Source of the DNA: the human T2T-CHM13v2.0 reference genome, Homo sapiens
Assembly: GCF_009914755.1 (NCBI RefSeq)
Contig: NC_060941.1
Reading direction: 5' to 3' (one strand)
Length of the DNA stretch: 64,000 nt
Shown: piece after piece, positions 35,159 to 53,779 of the stretch
How positions within the stretch are numbered: position 1 is the first letter of the stretch
How the letters are laid out: every line of letters starts with the position of its first letter
Position numbers and translations under genes: made by a program
Notes under the pieces: generated by a model
Seen by the model: only the letters and a program-made list of their open reading frames with translations
Databases searched by the model: none
Told to the model about the DNA's origin: nothing

Positions 35159-35754
35159 GAGCTCAAGTGGTCACCGTGCATGTCCTGGAAAGCAGGGCTG
35201 GAAATGCTGGGGCCGAAGCAGTGGGGGATGGAACAGCGGTGGGTGGTCAGCGCCAGTGCGGGCTGTTGAAGGGTCCCCCTGCTGTCCCAGTTCACTCAGA
35301 GTTGGCACTGGAACCCCGGAGGATCCCGAAGGCAGCCAGCCTGTGCCCATCTGAGCAGGTCCTGGCCACCTTCCCATCCTGGTTCTGGCGGGCAGTCCCC
35401 CTGGACGCTTTGGCCACCAGAGGGTCACCATTCACCAGCAGAGACGTGAGGGGCACAGTGGCTAAGGCGGCATGAGGCATCACAGTCCCCTGACCGACCC
35501 CATCAGCACTGGATTCACCCGAGGGCGTCTTCTCCCTGGAGGCCGTGAGGACACTGGCACCTGGCTCATCGGCCCGCCCTTCCTCTGAGCCTCCTGGCCT
35601 CCGTTTCATCTCAGCTCCAGCCCCCTCGGGCAATTTACAGGCCACGTAGCAGATTGAAGCGGGAAGAAATGGGCCTGAACATTGCCGCGGGTCCAGGCGA
35701 CGGAGGAGGGCAGGTTGCCCAACTTCTGCACAGGACCCGGGGTGCGCCACACAC

Positions 35755-36025
35755 ACGCCAGTCCTCGTGCCACACAGAGAGGTCCGGCCTACGCCAGTCC
35801 TCGTGCCACACAGAGAGGTCCGGCCTACGCCAGTCCTCGTGCCACACAGAGAGGTCCGGCCTACGCCAGTCCTCGTGCCACACAGAGAGGTCCGGCCTAC
35901 GCCAGTCCTCGTGCCACACAGAGAGGTCCGGCCTACGCCAGTCCTCGTGCCACACAGAGAGGTCCGGCCTACGCCAGTCCTCGTGCCACACAGAGAGGTC
36001 CAGCCTACGCCAGTCCTCTTGCCAC
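35755..36025. repeat. 36-bp VNTR, 7.5 near-identical copies
   Basis: Unit ACGCCAGTCCTCGTGCCACACAGAGAGGTCCGGCCT. Confidence 0.96.
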
Positions 36026-37050
36026 CTCGTGGTGGGTGGGCGCCCTGCTTGCCAGCCAGGGAGCACCAGGAAAGAGCTGCCTCCTGCGTGCTGGACACAG
36101 GAGGTGCTTCAGGGTGGGGTCTCCCATTGTGTGGGGCCCAACCTGAGTCTAAGGGCCCAGGGACCACACAGCGGGGGTGGAGACAAATTCAGGGTAGAAG
36201 CTGTGAGGGGCCTGTGGTCAGCCCCCCGGGGGGTCCCTGCAGCAGGCACTGTGAGACCTACTGAGGTGTGTGCATGGGCTGGGGAAGGAGCCAGTCAGGT
36301 GCCCCTGCTCTGAGGAGCTGCTGGGAAGTGCTGCTGGGCCCTGGGGGAAGGGGTGCTCACAGCCCCTGCCTGGGCCACGTGGGCTGGAGCCGCTCAGGCA
36401 GAGCCGGACTAATTGGGGCAAATGAGGGGACAGGAGGCCTCTGAGGAAAGGTAAATAGAATTACTCACCCGCCAGGCACTGGGGCCCTCCTGGGGGGGCC
36501 CTCACCCTGCCACCCACCACAGGGCCTGCATGCAGCAGGGAGGGAAGTGAGCTGATTAGGCAAGGCTGGACCCTTCTGGGGCCCTGGGGTTGCTGTGATT
36601 GGGACGGCAAGGCCAGGAGACGGTCCCCTGAGCTGCACCTGCTGGAGGCCTGTGATCTCAGACCTTAAGGCTTCAGGCCAGCTCTACGCCCCTCCGGCCT
36701 CAGGTCCTGGCTCTCCTCTGAGCCCTGGATGCCCGGGTGCCTGTGTGGGCACGAGGCTGCTCCGAGTCAGCACACGGAGGTGGACATTCTCCTTCATGCC
36801 AGCTGAGCTCAGGGCTGGTGACTGCCCTGGGGAAACTGCCCCTCACCTGGGACCTCCTGACAGCCCTCCCCATTCCCGAGTCCCTCTGCCCTTGTCCTCT
36901 TTCACCTCTGTCCCGCCCTCATCCCTAAGGGAACTGGAGCAGGCTGGTGGAGTTGGGTGGAGTTGGGGACTGGCAGGGGGTGGACTCACCCAGGCAATAA
37001 ACACTGGCCCTAACCAGGCAGTCCTGCAGGCAGGTAGGTGGAGGGACTGT

Positions 37051-38706
<1,656 letters not shown>

Positions 38707-38724
38707 TCAGCCTATCCCCAGACA

Positions 38725-38844
38725 CCCTGCACTCACTCAGCCCGGGGTCCTCCCCCTGCACTCACTCAGCCCCGGGTCCTCCCCTGCACTCACTCAGCCC
38801 CGGGTCCTCCCCCTGCACTCACTCAGCCCCGGGTCCTCCCCTGC
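38725..38844. repeat. ~29-bp minisatellite x4
   Basis: Unit CCCTGCACTCACTCAGCCCCGGGTCCTCC. Confidence 0.9.
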
Positions 38845-39549
38845 CTGCTCTTTCTCTGACCCTGCCCTCCACTGTTCCTTTTTCTTCTTTCTCTCCCTGT
38901 TGTGTCCAGGAACCAGGCACCACCCTCATTTCTTCTTGATCAATCTTTAAAAACCAGCAGTGCTCAGCTAACTCTTCATCTATCTCCCCCGACCTGGGGC
39001 TCTGCTGAATCCACGCTTTAGACCCAGCTATCAGCTCGGCATGTACAGCTGGATGTCCACACCGAGCTGCTCACCCTGTCCCCAGCTTCTTCCTCCCACT
39101 GTCCACTGCAGAAGCCTCCTAACAGGACCCCTGCTGCTACCCCGGACCCTGCAACCCATTCCCACACAGCAGCCAGATGCTTTGACACCCGAAGTCTCCT
39201 ATGAATCCGATGAGGCCTCTGCACCACACCTCATTTTACAGAAGTACAGGGGAAACAGGGGTCTGTTGACACCACAGAGATGCAGCTGGCCAAAGGCAGA
39301 ATGTGGGGTACACGACTGTCAAACGCCAGGGGTCCTTACACGAATGGTGGAAAAAGAGGGGCATGTTACGGATGGAGGCTCGGGACACATGGGCGCCGCC
39401 TTCCCATGCTGCCAGCAACCCACCAGGAACCTATTAATTTAGTCATTTGGGAAATGGGAGCTGGGTATATCGGCTATTAGGAAATTGTTCATGCTCAATA
39501 AGTATTAATTACAATTTTCATAAGAGCTTAACCCCCCTGAAAGAGGTCA

Positions 39550-39604
39550 CTGTTTCCTCACTTGTAAATTGGGATACTAAAACCTGCCCCATGGAGTTGC
39601 CAGA
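39550..39604 (+). mobile_element. MIR core fragment
   Basis: ctgtttcctcacttgtaaattgggatactaaaacctgccccatggagttg resembles the MIR core gtttcctcatctgtaaaatggggataata... Confidence 0.65.
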
Positions 39605-40580
39605 GTGACATGTGTGCGTGCACACCAACAGTACACAGCAGATAGTGACATATGTGTGCACGCCAACACTACACAGCAGATAGTGACTTGTGCGTGCGCG
39701 CCAACACTACACAGCAGATAGTGACACGTGCGTGCACACCAACAGTACCCAGCAGATAGTGACATATGCGTGCACGCCAACACTACACAGCAGATAGTGA
39801 CTTGTGCGTGCACGCCAACACTACACAGCAGATAGTGACATGTGCGTGCACGCCAACACTACACAGCAGATAGTGACTTGTGTGTGCACGCCACTACACA
39901 GCATAGTGACTTGTGTGTGCACGCCAACACTACACGGCAGATAGTGACTTGTGTGTGCACGCCAACACTACACGGCAGATAGTGACTTGTGTGTGCACGC
40001 CAACACTACACGGCAGATAGTGACTTGTGTGTGCACGCCAACACTACACGGCAGATAGTGACTTGTGTGTGCACGCCAACACTACACGGCAGATAGTGAC
40101 TTGTGTGTGCACGCCAACACTACACGGCAGATAGTGACTTGTGTGTGCACGCCAACACTACACGGCAGATAGTGACTTGTGTGTGCACGCCAACACTACA
40201 CGGCAGATAGTGACTTGTGTGTGCACGCCAACACTACACGGCAGATAGTGACTTGTGTGTGCACGCCAACACTACACGGCAGATAGTGACTTGTGTGTGC
40301 ACGCCAACAGTACACAGCAGATAGTGACATATGTGTGCACGCCAACACTACACAGCAGATAGTGATGTGTGTGCACACCAACACTACACAGCAGATAGTG
40401 ACATGCGCGTGCACGCCAACACTACACAGCAGGTAGTGACATGTGTGTGCACACCAACAGTACACAGCAGATAGTGACATGCGCGTGCACACCAACACTA
40501 CACAGCAGATAGTGATGTGTGTGCACACCAACAGTACACAGCAGATTGTGATGTGTGTATGCACACCAACGGTACAACAC
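39605..40580. repeat. 38-bp VNTR, ~25 copies
   Basis: Unit GTGACTTGTGTGTGCACGCCAACACTACACGGCAGATA; central copies identical, flanking copies diverged. Confidence 0.96.
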
Positions 40581-41042
40581 GCAACAGTTGCAGTTGCCTC
40601 ATTTCCCCAAGTCGCCCTCACTGCAGAAAGGGGAGTGTCTCCAGCTGCTTAGTCCAGCAGCCTCCAGGATTGGGTGAGGGTCGGAGGGCCCTGGTGCCCT
40701 GCATGGACAAGGCAGTGGCAGCAGGGCTGAAGGACAGGCTGGGGTGGGAGGACCGCAACCCTCTGGGATCGGGCCCCACGGTCAGCTCCCGCAGCCCAGG
40801 GGAGAGGTGCCCACTCTAGCAGCCCTTTATGTGCTCCTCAAGCTGAAAGTAGAGACCCCGCTTTGTGACTACAGTGAGTTCTCACACCATTAGGCGAACG
40901 GCTGGGGTAAGACCACCCTGTGGCCCCTGCAGAGCTGACCTCACTGGGTGGTCCACCGAAGAGGGGATGGGAGGGCAAGTTTGCTTCAGGGTCAGAGGTC
41001 CGGTCCCGGTGGGTGCACCTCCCCAGCCCTCAGGTAGGTTAG

Positions 41043-42456
<1,414 letters not shown>

Positions 42457-43596
42457 TCAGCACCTTGTCAAGTGCACCCACACGGTGACTCGTGGGGGTA
42501 GCAGCACCAAGCACTGCGCCACCCATGATGTAGTCATCACCACCTGAAGAAACCAAGGCTGACTCCAACCTGCTCACAGCCACGGTGTAGCAATGGCCTG
42601 GCCAGGGCTCAAGCCCACCCCTCCTCCTCCTGGGAATCTGGGAACCCCATGTTTGAGTGGGCCCCCCACTGCAGGACCTCTGCTGGCCCTTGCAGCTACC
42701 ACTGTACAGAAGGTGCACAGGGCAGGGCCTTGTCCCCAAGAGGCTCGGTGAGTGGAAGGCACATGGCATGAGGACCGCTGTGAGCCGCCCGCCCCTCATC
42801 CCCGTGGTGGTGTTCCCCAGGCTGCATCGGCTCAACAGGGGGAGGCAGCCTGGGTCACCCTAGCCTGGTGGGCACTCGAAACGCTCCTCGAAGGACTCAC
42901 AGGCCCCATGGGGGCCAGGTAAGGCCGTGTGTTTACAGGGAGTTGGCTCGGGGCTGGGTACTGCTGTGCACACTGGCTGCCAGGCGGCAGCTGGGCTGGT
43001 TTATTACTGGAACACCCTCCCCTGCTCCTCCTCCCCGGGGAGGCCAGCCCTGCGCCAGCATCTCCTGCACCAGCCCACCCACCAGGAGGCGCCTGTGGGG
43101 CCACTCTTCTGGGAAAGCGTGTTCCTGGAATAAATTCTGGTTTCGCTTCCAACAGGAACAGGAATAGAGCTCCCTGTCTGGCCTGCCAGGGCAGCTTGCA
43201 GGTTTGAAGGTCAAGTGCACGTGGCTCTCTCCTGGGCCCAGCGGCACCCCCTTCTTCTGGACAGGGGAGGAGCCAGCTCCTAGAGGGGCCACAGTGCCCC
43301 AGAGGGTGGGTTCAGGGTGGTGCCTACTACCTCTGCGGCCCCCTGGGCAGCCCCTGTGGCAGAACAAGGGTAGTGATATCAGGCAGCCCAGCCTCTCCCT
43401 CCAGAATGCCCTCCCTGCCACCACCTGCCCTAGGAGACCTGAGCACGCCCAGTGGCTTAGACTGAGAATTTCTGGGCTTGAGAAGCCTTCGCCATGATCT
43501 GGGGTTTCCAGCCCTGCCCGGGAGCTGGCTGTGCATGTGTGCCGCAGGGGCAGAGGCCTGACAGACCACCAAGAGGCCACGCCCAGTGCCGCCGCC

Positions 43597-43602
43597 TTTA
43601 TT
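43597..43602 (-). terminator. MCRIP1: MCRIP1 polyadenylation signal
   Basis: TTTATT on + strand = AATAAA on - strand, ~800 nt after the stop. Confidence 0.8.
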
Positions 43603-44411
43603 CACAGACCCTCGAGCTCCACAGCCACACAGACACTTAGCTTTCAGAGGGCACAGGAAGGAAAAGGGACCTGGTGACCCTCCCAGCACACCCCAGAGCC
43701 AAGACAGACCCAGCAGCAGCACCTCAGGGTCAGCCTGGGTGCCCCTGCCCAGGGGCCACTGTGACCGCAGACACCAGGAGGCCAGGCCTGGTTGCTGGGG
43801 ACCCCCTTGGGGGGCCCGGCAGTATCCTAGGCCCAAAGAGCTGGTGCCATCTTGAAGCTGATTCAGGGAAGAGGCCAGGCTGGACGGTAGGGGTAGGTGT
43901 GAGAAGCTCCCCAGCGTGTCCAGGCCACGGGAGCAGCAAGGGTCTGCGGGGAGCCCAGGCTGGATGGGGTGGGGCTGCCCTTGTCCTGTATCCTGACCAC
44001 TTCAAGGACAAAACCAGCCCAGTCCCAGCAGCCTGGGAGGCAGCAGAGGCTCCTTCTTCTCCCCTCCTGATCCTGCAGTGGCCAGGGGCAGGAGGGTGAG
44101 GGGAGAGGAGAGAGGTCAGGTCAGGGCCCCTGGGGGCCAGGCAGCTTCAAAAATGCAGCCAGGTGGCTGGGGGAGGGCAGGAGGGTGGGCAGGGCCCAGA
44201 CCCCCATGATGGGGGCAGCCTGAGACCCCCAAGGATGAAGGAAGGGGGCTTGGGAAGGAGAGGCAGGCCTCAGCCGTCAGTCACGCCAGTGCTGGGATCT
44301 GCAGCCCGCTGGAGCAAGGCACCCCCATCCCAGGGGCAGGACCACAGGACAGGAGGGAACCGACACCTCGCACCCTGATCTTCCGGAGGCCGGGGAGGGG
44401 CACCGGGCGCT

Positions 44412-44476
44412 CTAGGACTTCTTGGCATCCTGCGTGCTCCGGCGCTTCAGGTCACTCAGGTCGATGGGCTTGAAGG
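44412..44476 (-). CDS. MCRIP1: MCRIP1 exon 5 coding part
   Basis: TFKPIDLSDLKRRSTQDAKKS TAG. Confidence 0.95.
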
Positions 44477-45671
44477 CTGCCAGGGGACAACGCGGTAGGT
44501 GGTGGGCACAGGCCCCTCCTGCCCATGAGGCCCGGCCTGCCGGCCCAGCCCTGCCCCCAGGTCAGCCCCCACTCACTCTTCAGGCTGGGGTTAGGGACCT
44601 TCTCCACATACTCCTCCACCAGGCCCCGCTCGCCACCCGGCACCTGGCCTCGCAGGTCTCGCTCCACACCCTGCCAGGCTGCAGAGGCAGAGAGTGGTGT
44701 GCTCAGGGCCCCCTGCCCCAGGGGGTGGCATCCACGTCACGAGAGTGCCTGCCCTCAGCTCCTGCCCTCCCAGATCCTCTTCTCCCTCAGAAGTGTCCTC
44801 CATGCTCCCCCACAGCCCTCTGCCCACCCCAGCCTCACTCACCTGCAGACCCCGTCCCCGCTCCTCTGGCAGGCCTGTCCCTTCCCCGCAAGATGACCAG
44901 GACTGTGGTCAGAGGGACCCCTATGACCCTACCCCAGGCTTCCCTGCGCCTCGGAGGCAGCGCATCCTCCTCAGCTAGGCCTCTATCTTTCCCACCTCAT
45001 CCACGCACCTCCCCGGCCCCAGCACACGGCACACTCCCCTAATCCCAGACAACCACCTCCCGGCCACTTCTGCAACACGCCCGTTCATGGCTGGATGCGT
45101 GCCTGTCTGTCTTCAAAGGCCCCTCCCTTTCCCCAGCAAACTCCTCCAGTGCTGCTAGCATGGATGACTGGCTCCCAGTGCGGCCTCTATCTGTGGCATG
45201 GCCCACCCCCAGCCCCTCCTCCCGGGCTCCCCCCATGATCAGAACCAGGTCTCCTCTCTACACAAGGTCCCCTCGGCCACCCCTACCCGCCTGGGCCCTG
45301 AAGGCTGTGGACACAGTGATGGGGCTATCTGTGCCCTGGAGGGGCAGGGGCAGGGGCCGCAGGAGGTTCCTCGGAGCGTGGGTCCTGGGCTGGGGGCAGA
45401 GCTGACTCCGTCAAGGACAGGGCAGGAGCTGTGTGTGGCAGGCGCACCCACCTTCGTAAATGAAGCGGACGTTCTCCTCGTGGGCTGGGGTGAAGATCTC
45501 GCTGCTGCTGGGTGGGGAGCGGGGGCTGCTGGTCCTCTTGCCGTTGTACACGACTCTGGAGACGGGGGAGCTGGGGGAGCCTGGCGCATGAGACAGGGCA
45601 CACAGCAGGGTGGGAGCCCACAACCCGCCCCGGTGGAGACCAGCCCACCTGCCTGAGACCCACCTGGTCAT
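44412..45671 (-). CDS. MCRIP1: MAPK-regulated corepressor-interacting protein 1 (FAM195B), 97 aa
   Basis: Coding exons 45671-45664, 45570-45452, 44678-44577, 44476-44412 total 294 nt. Translation MTSSPVSRVVYNGKRTSSPRSPPSSSEIFTPAHEENVRFIYEAWQGVERD...TFKPIDLSDLKRRSTQDAKKS* includes the CtBP-binding PxDLS motif. Confidence 0.97.
44577..44678 (-). CDS. MCRIP1: MCRIP1 exon 4
   Basis: AWQGVERDLRGQVPGGERGLVEEYVEKVPNPSLK|gtgagt. Confidence 0.95.
45452..45570 (-). CDS. MCRIP1: MCRIP1 exon 3
   Basis: SSPVSRVVYNGKR...FIYE; ag/gt boundaries. Confidence 0.95.
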
Positions 45672-45719
45672 CGCGGGGGCGTCTGATCCTAGCGCTCCAC
45701 CGCCAGATCCCCTCAGCCT
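45664..45719 (-). CDS. MCRIP1: MCRIP1 exon 2 (48 nt UTR + ATG ACC AG)
   Basis: Acceptor ttctgtttcag and donor AG|gtggg on the minus strand. Confidence 0.88.
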
Positions 45720-47389
45720 CTGAAACAGAAGCCAGCGCAGGCATGGGACGCAGGGCCACCCTCTCCAGCACAGAAGGAGGGGGAGGCGCAGGGCACACCT
45801 GCCTCCTCCCTTCAGATGTGAACAAAGTGCATGGTCCCTCTGCCTACCAGGGTGTCCCCCACAGGCTGGGGTCCAGCCACAGGCAGCCAGTGGGCTCCAG
45901 GCAACCCTACGAGGTAGCAGAGAGCTGGCCAGACGAGCCAGACACACACACAACTTGAAGCGATCAAGCCCGCTCAGCGGCCTTGATCCTCCACGTCTCA
46001 GGCTCAGACGTGGAGGCCTCAGCCCCAGCACCGGGAGCACTGTGGCCAGAGCCCCTCCCCACGTGGGCTGGTGGGGCCGTCAGCATCTCTGATGTCCAGC
46101 TGCCTCTCACTGCAGCAGAGGGCCTGCAGCCCCTCAGCTAACTGACCCTGCTCTCCCTGGTGCAGGGCTGGGCACACGGCTTCTGCTGAGCCTTGATTTC
46201 CTTTCTGTAAAACGGGGATGAGCTTCCTAAAGGTGATCCCAGCTCCCCGGCACCTACCCAGGTCCAGCTTCCTGGTTCCCTAGAGCATGAGCCACATCAG
46301 TACCCTGGAGATGGAACCAAACTCCAGCTCCCCTGGTGGGCAGAGGGGGTGGCCCTGGAGGAAGCTGCTGGGCCTGACCTGGTGACCAAGACCCTGGGCT
46401 GCCGCCCGTTTATGGCCTCCCAGCCCAGGGGAATCCACGGCTCTGGAAAAATGGAGTCTATTTTGAGGCTCAGACGCTCACACTGGCAGGCTGGACAGTG
46501 TCCCCACTCCAGCTGAGGACACACAACCCCAAGGTGGGGAAGCTGACAGGGCTGGTCTCCAGCCTGCCCTGCTCCAGAGGGGGCAACTCCAGGTTCTGGG
46601 GGAGGGGAGTCCCAGGATTCCCAGGAGGGGGCTTTGAGCACAAGCAACTCCCCTGCCCACCCAGAGGCCCAAGGCTGCAGATACTCCAGGGCACACGGCT
46701 GCAGCCCTCACAGAGGGCCAGGAGCACTGAGGCTTCGAGTCCTCTCTGGCTCATTCCGCCTCATGTCAATGGTCCAGCCCTCAAACACCACGTGATAAGA
46801 ATCCCACGGCTCAAGGGCAAAACCAGCAAAGAGCAGAAAACCAGCTCCCAGCCCTGGAACTCTGTGCCCCATCCCAGGCCAGGAGTGAGGTCCAAAAAGG
46901 GCCAGGGGCTCCCCACCCACGGCAGCACCCAGTTTGCTCACAAAGTCACCTCTCCTTTCTTGGACTCTGGGGTCTCTCTGCCCAGTCCTCCTGCCAGGGA
47001 CTCCAGCCCACGAACACCAGAGCACGGAGGGAAAGGCCTGTTTGGGTTGAGGGTCCCACAGGGACATGCTGCCTGCTGGGAAGCTCCCGTTACAGAGAAA
47101 GGCAGAGCTCAGGTAACAGGTAGACTGGCCAGCCCCCTGCCTCGCCCCCTGCTGGCTCTCACCACTGACCGACTGCTGCTTTAGGGGTACCTGCCTCCCA
47201 GCCTGCCCTCTCCCGTGGCTCTTCTCCCCATGCATCCTCTGCCTCCAGTGGCCACTTGGCCTTTATGCAGCCACACCTTTGGCCTGGGATCCCCCTGCTG
47301 GGTTCGGTTGTCACTCCTGCCCCAGATCCCACTGATTGCCCCACATCCTCCCAAGCAACTACCCTTCCGGGGCTCCCTTTGCCTTGTGT

Positions 47390-47544
47390 GCACACACACA
47401 CACACACACACACCTGCCCACACATACCTACCTGCACACACCTTAGCTGAATACATCTGCCACACACATGCATACAACCGCCCGCACACACCTGTCTGTA
47501 CACACCTGCCCACACACATGCGGCACACACCCATATGAACACAC

Positions 47545-47545
<1 letters not shown>
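47390..47545 (+). repeat. (CA)n / CA-rich low-complexity tract
   Basis: Visible directly in the sequence. Confidence 0.85.
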
Positions 47546-49245
<1,700 letters not shown>

Positions 49246-51518
49246 CACCCATACAGTTTTTTAAGTCAACAAGGAGTCTCGTTTGCCTCCTCTTGTTAGG
49301 AAAAGAAATGTACCCACACCCTCAATACCACAGGCTGTGTCCTCTAAGTCTTCCCAGACACGAAGAGCCCTTCCCACCTCTCCCTACTTCTTCCTCCAGC
49401 TTAGGGACCCCCAGGGCCTCACACTGCCCCCCCACCCCCCGACCCTGCACACATAGCCCCAGGCTTTCCTGGATGTGCCAGCAGTTCCAAGAGGCCAGGG
49501 GCCTGCTGTCCCCCTGGAAGCACAATAAACGGTTCTGCAGCTCATTCAGCCTCACTGCCTCCTGGGGCCCTGCCAAGGAGCTGGGTGCCCAATTCTGACC
49601 CAGAAGGAATTTTCCATTAAAAATCAAGTATCTGTGCACAACCTATGACCCAGCCATTCTGCTCCTAGGTACACACACCCAAGATGCGTACAAGGACAGC
49701 TGGAGAATTTCACTCGTAATTACCCAAAGGGAAGAGCCACCGCAGAAGGGTAGCAATGCACACCTGGCCTATTCCCATAAGGGAATCAGCAGCCAGAGGG
49801 GGCACCACAGCCCCCACGCAGAGACGGACACCAAGCACAAGAGCAGGACCTGAGGGGCCACAGACAGGCCCTGGGACACATGGAATGGGAGGAAGCTGCA
49901 GAGGGCCGAGGCATGGACATAACTGGAGCCGGGGCCAGGACGGTGCCTGTGAGGGCAGGAAGGAGCCATCCACGGAGAGGGCTGGAGGTCAAGCAAGCTC
50001 TGAACCAAGAGGTCACCATGGAGCCACAATAAGGCCTCCAACAACCTCAGCGGGGCGGCCTAGCATAGTGAGGCACACAGCTGAGGGGGGAGGGCAGGAA
50101 GTGTGGCTGGCAGGCAGCTCAGCCCTAGCTCAGGCCTGGTGGGCAGCAGGCTGGTGTCTGGCTAAGCAGAGGGAACCCTGAGGCACAACATCCATGCATG
50201 GGGTCCCTGAGGTGGTGGATGTGGAGGGACCCAGGACCATAGTGGGTGAGAGTGAGCAGGGGACAATGGCACAGGCCCAGAGAAGCGCCGGGGGCAGCCG
50301 GAAAAGACCCAGCACACGGCAGACGGCCACCTGAGGTGGCAGCCCCTGAGCCAGCAGGAGACTGACACCTCAGCTGCCCAGGTAAAGGGGAGTGGCGGCC
50401 TGACCGAGGCCGACCACAGGTGAAGGGTGGGAGGGAGGGGCTCCATTCAGCCCAGAGAGACAGCCCCACTTCAGAGGTCTCGAGACCCCATCCAGCCCGG
50501 CCCCCTGCCTTCATCCCACCTGGGCCACCACCAGGGTGACAGCAGTAAGGGAGGGTCAGGCGATGCCTCGGTCCCGTTTTCCTTCCCTCTTTCTGTCAGA
50601 ATCAAGACCGAGCATGCCGATGTCCCGGCCACGGCCCCGTACTCCTCAGTCGCTACACCACACCCCACTGCCTCTGAGAGTTTTCTTTCATAGTTTTCAT
50701 ATTTTAACATCTTTGAAACTGGGCTGCGCCTGACAATTGCTAACACGTCAGAATTTAACCAATGGTGGTTTTTATTTCTCAATGTACTGTAAAATATAGC
50801 GCAGCTCACAATGGCTGGGGTCTCACATGGGAGGACCCTCGATGACACTCTCCTGGCCCAGGACCACCCTTCCAGAGCCCCTCAGGCTACATGGTCTTTA
50901 GGTGTTTTCTCCCCTTCCCCTCAAAGTCTTCCACATCCCACGCCACCCCACCCCACCCAGTGCTGGGACAACCTCCAGTTCCAGACACCCAGCATCAGGA
51001 CAGGTGGACACAGATGTCTACATGATCTTCCTGAAACCCTATCCCCAAGTCACTTAGCACTAGGGTGTCACCCAGGCCCTCTGCTGCCATCAAGCCCACT
51101 GTCCAGTCCCAACTTGTTTTACCAGGTGTCACCTGCTGCTCCACTCCTGCCCCAACAGCCTTTGCCACAGGACTACCTGCCACCAGCCACACAGAGCACA
51201 GGCCACCTGCAAGTCTGTGCATTCTGCAGGACGTGACTGCCTGCTTCCGTGGCCGTCCAGCCTACAGGGCCTGGCCTACTGGGCTGCAGGTATTCCCCTG
51301 CTCTGGGGCCCCGGGCAAGCTCCTCTGAGCCTCAGCATCCTCATTCAAAGTGATGCAGCCCACAGGTAGGCTCGCCTGCTCCAATAGGGACGGAAGCACA
51401 GCCATGGAAAGCCAGCAGCTCAGTGAGGTCTCTGTGGCTCCTTATCCAATACGATGATGGACAGGACAAGCATGTGCTGTATGGTTCAACTGGATGCTGT
51501 TAAGAATGAAAGGGGCTG

Positions 51519-52590
<1,072 letters not shown>

Positions 52591-53779
52591 ACGAAAGGGA
52601 TGCTGTTGATTATCAAGAATGAAACAACTCTTCTGGGTAAACTGGAATGTAGAGTCAGCCCACTCTTAGGAAGGTGGAGGCCCAGAAAAGCACTGGGGAC
52701 TGAAAGAAGAGACTGCCACCAGCCACAGCAAACACTTGTCGGGCTAAGGGCAGGGCAGCCACCACGCTGGGCCCTTACACACATTGCCCACATCCCCACA
52801 GCTGGACCAGAAAGATACCCTGAGAACTTCCAGTTCAGCGCTGAAGGAGCCTGCCACCAAGCAGCGGTGCCCCTCCCAGGGCCTCCGGGGCCACAGCATT
52901 TGGGGCTCAGCCCGAATGCTGCAGCTGGCCTGAGCCTCCCAAAGTCTGCCTCCACTCTGCCTGCACCCTACAGCAGGTTTCTGGACTCCCTGAAAGACCC
53001 ACTCCCTACTGATACCCATGTGGCTTTGCTCAGAGACTGGCCCTCCCTCCAGATAGGGAGGGGAGTCGCATTGGGTAGAACTATGTAGAACCTTCCTCCT
53101 CCAGGGGACCCAAGGGCTTTAGAGACTTCCAGGTGGGGAGGGGACAGAACCCCAGTCTCTGGCCTCCCAGTCCCAAATTCTTTCCCCCACACAGCCACAT
53201 GCCTAAGAACAGGCCATGAGGTAACACTCCAGCAACGTGACAATAGTGAGGTTCCAGAGTTAGAATCAGTGACGCCATCGCTAGTCACCATGCTCCTCCG
53301 GAGTTTCTGAGATTCAAAGTTTCTAAGACTCCACTTTCTCTTCGTGTTCTGTGTCTTTTTCAGCCAACGAGGCTAGAAAATGATCTATTGCCCAAGCAGG
53401 CGCACGAGGATACGGCTGTCACAGCTGCCACACTGGCACCTCGTGGTCCCTTGAAGACCGCCCAGGGAAAGCCTCTAAGCGCTGCACCACCTCCTCACCC
53501 TCTCCCCTGGGTGGTGGCAGCAACAGCCTGAGCGTGTGCGCCCTCCTCCCCATCCTGATCCCACTCAAACCACAACCTCCCCTGACTCGCCCCAAATCCA
53601 GCCCTGTTGGCTCTTCCTTCACGTCCCACTTCCCACCCTCTCTACACGTTCTCGCCACATCCCACCCAAAGTCCACTCACTGGTCCCTGTTTACACCTCA
53701 GGGCCTTTGGTCAAGCTGTCTTCTCTGCCCAAAACTATCCTACTCATCCTTGGGGATCCAGCTGAAAGACCACCTTCCT

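Noticed and set aside
35755-36025. 36-bp repeat array resembling a CRISPR repeat in length
   Set aside because: Units are contiguous with no unique spacers, there are no cas genes, and the context is human; the same applies to the 24-bp and 38-bp arrays.
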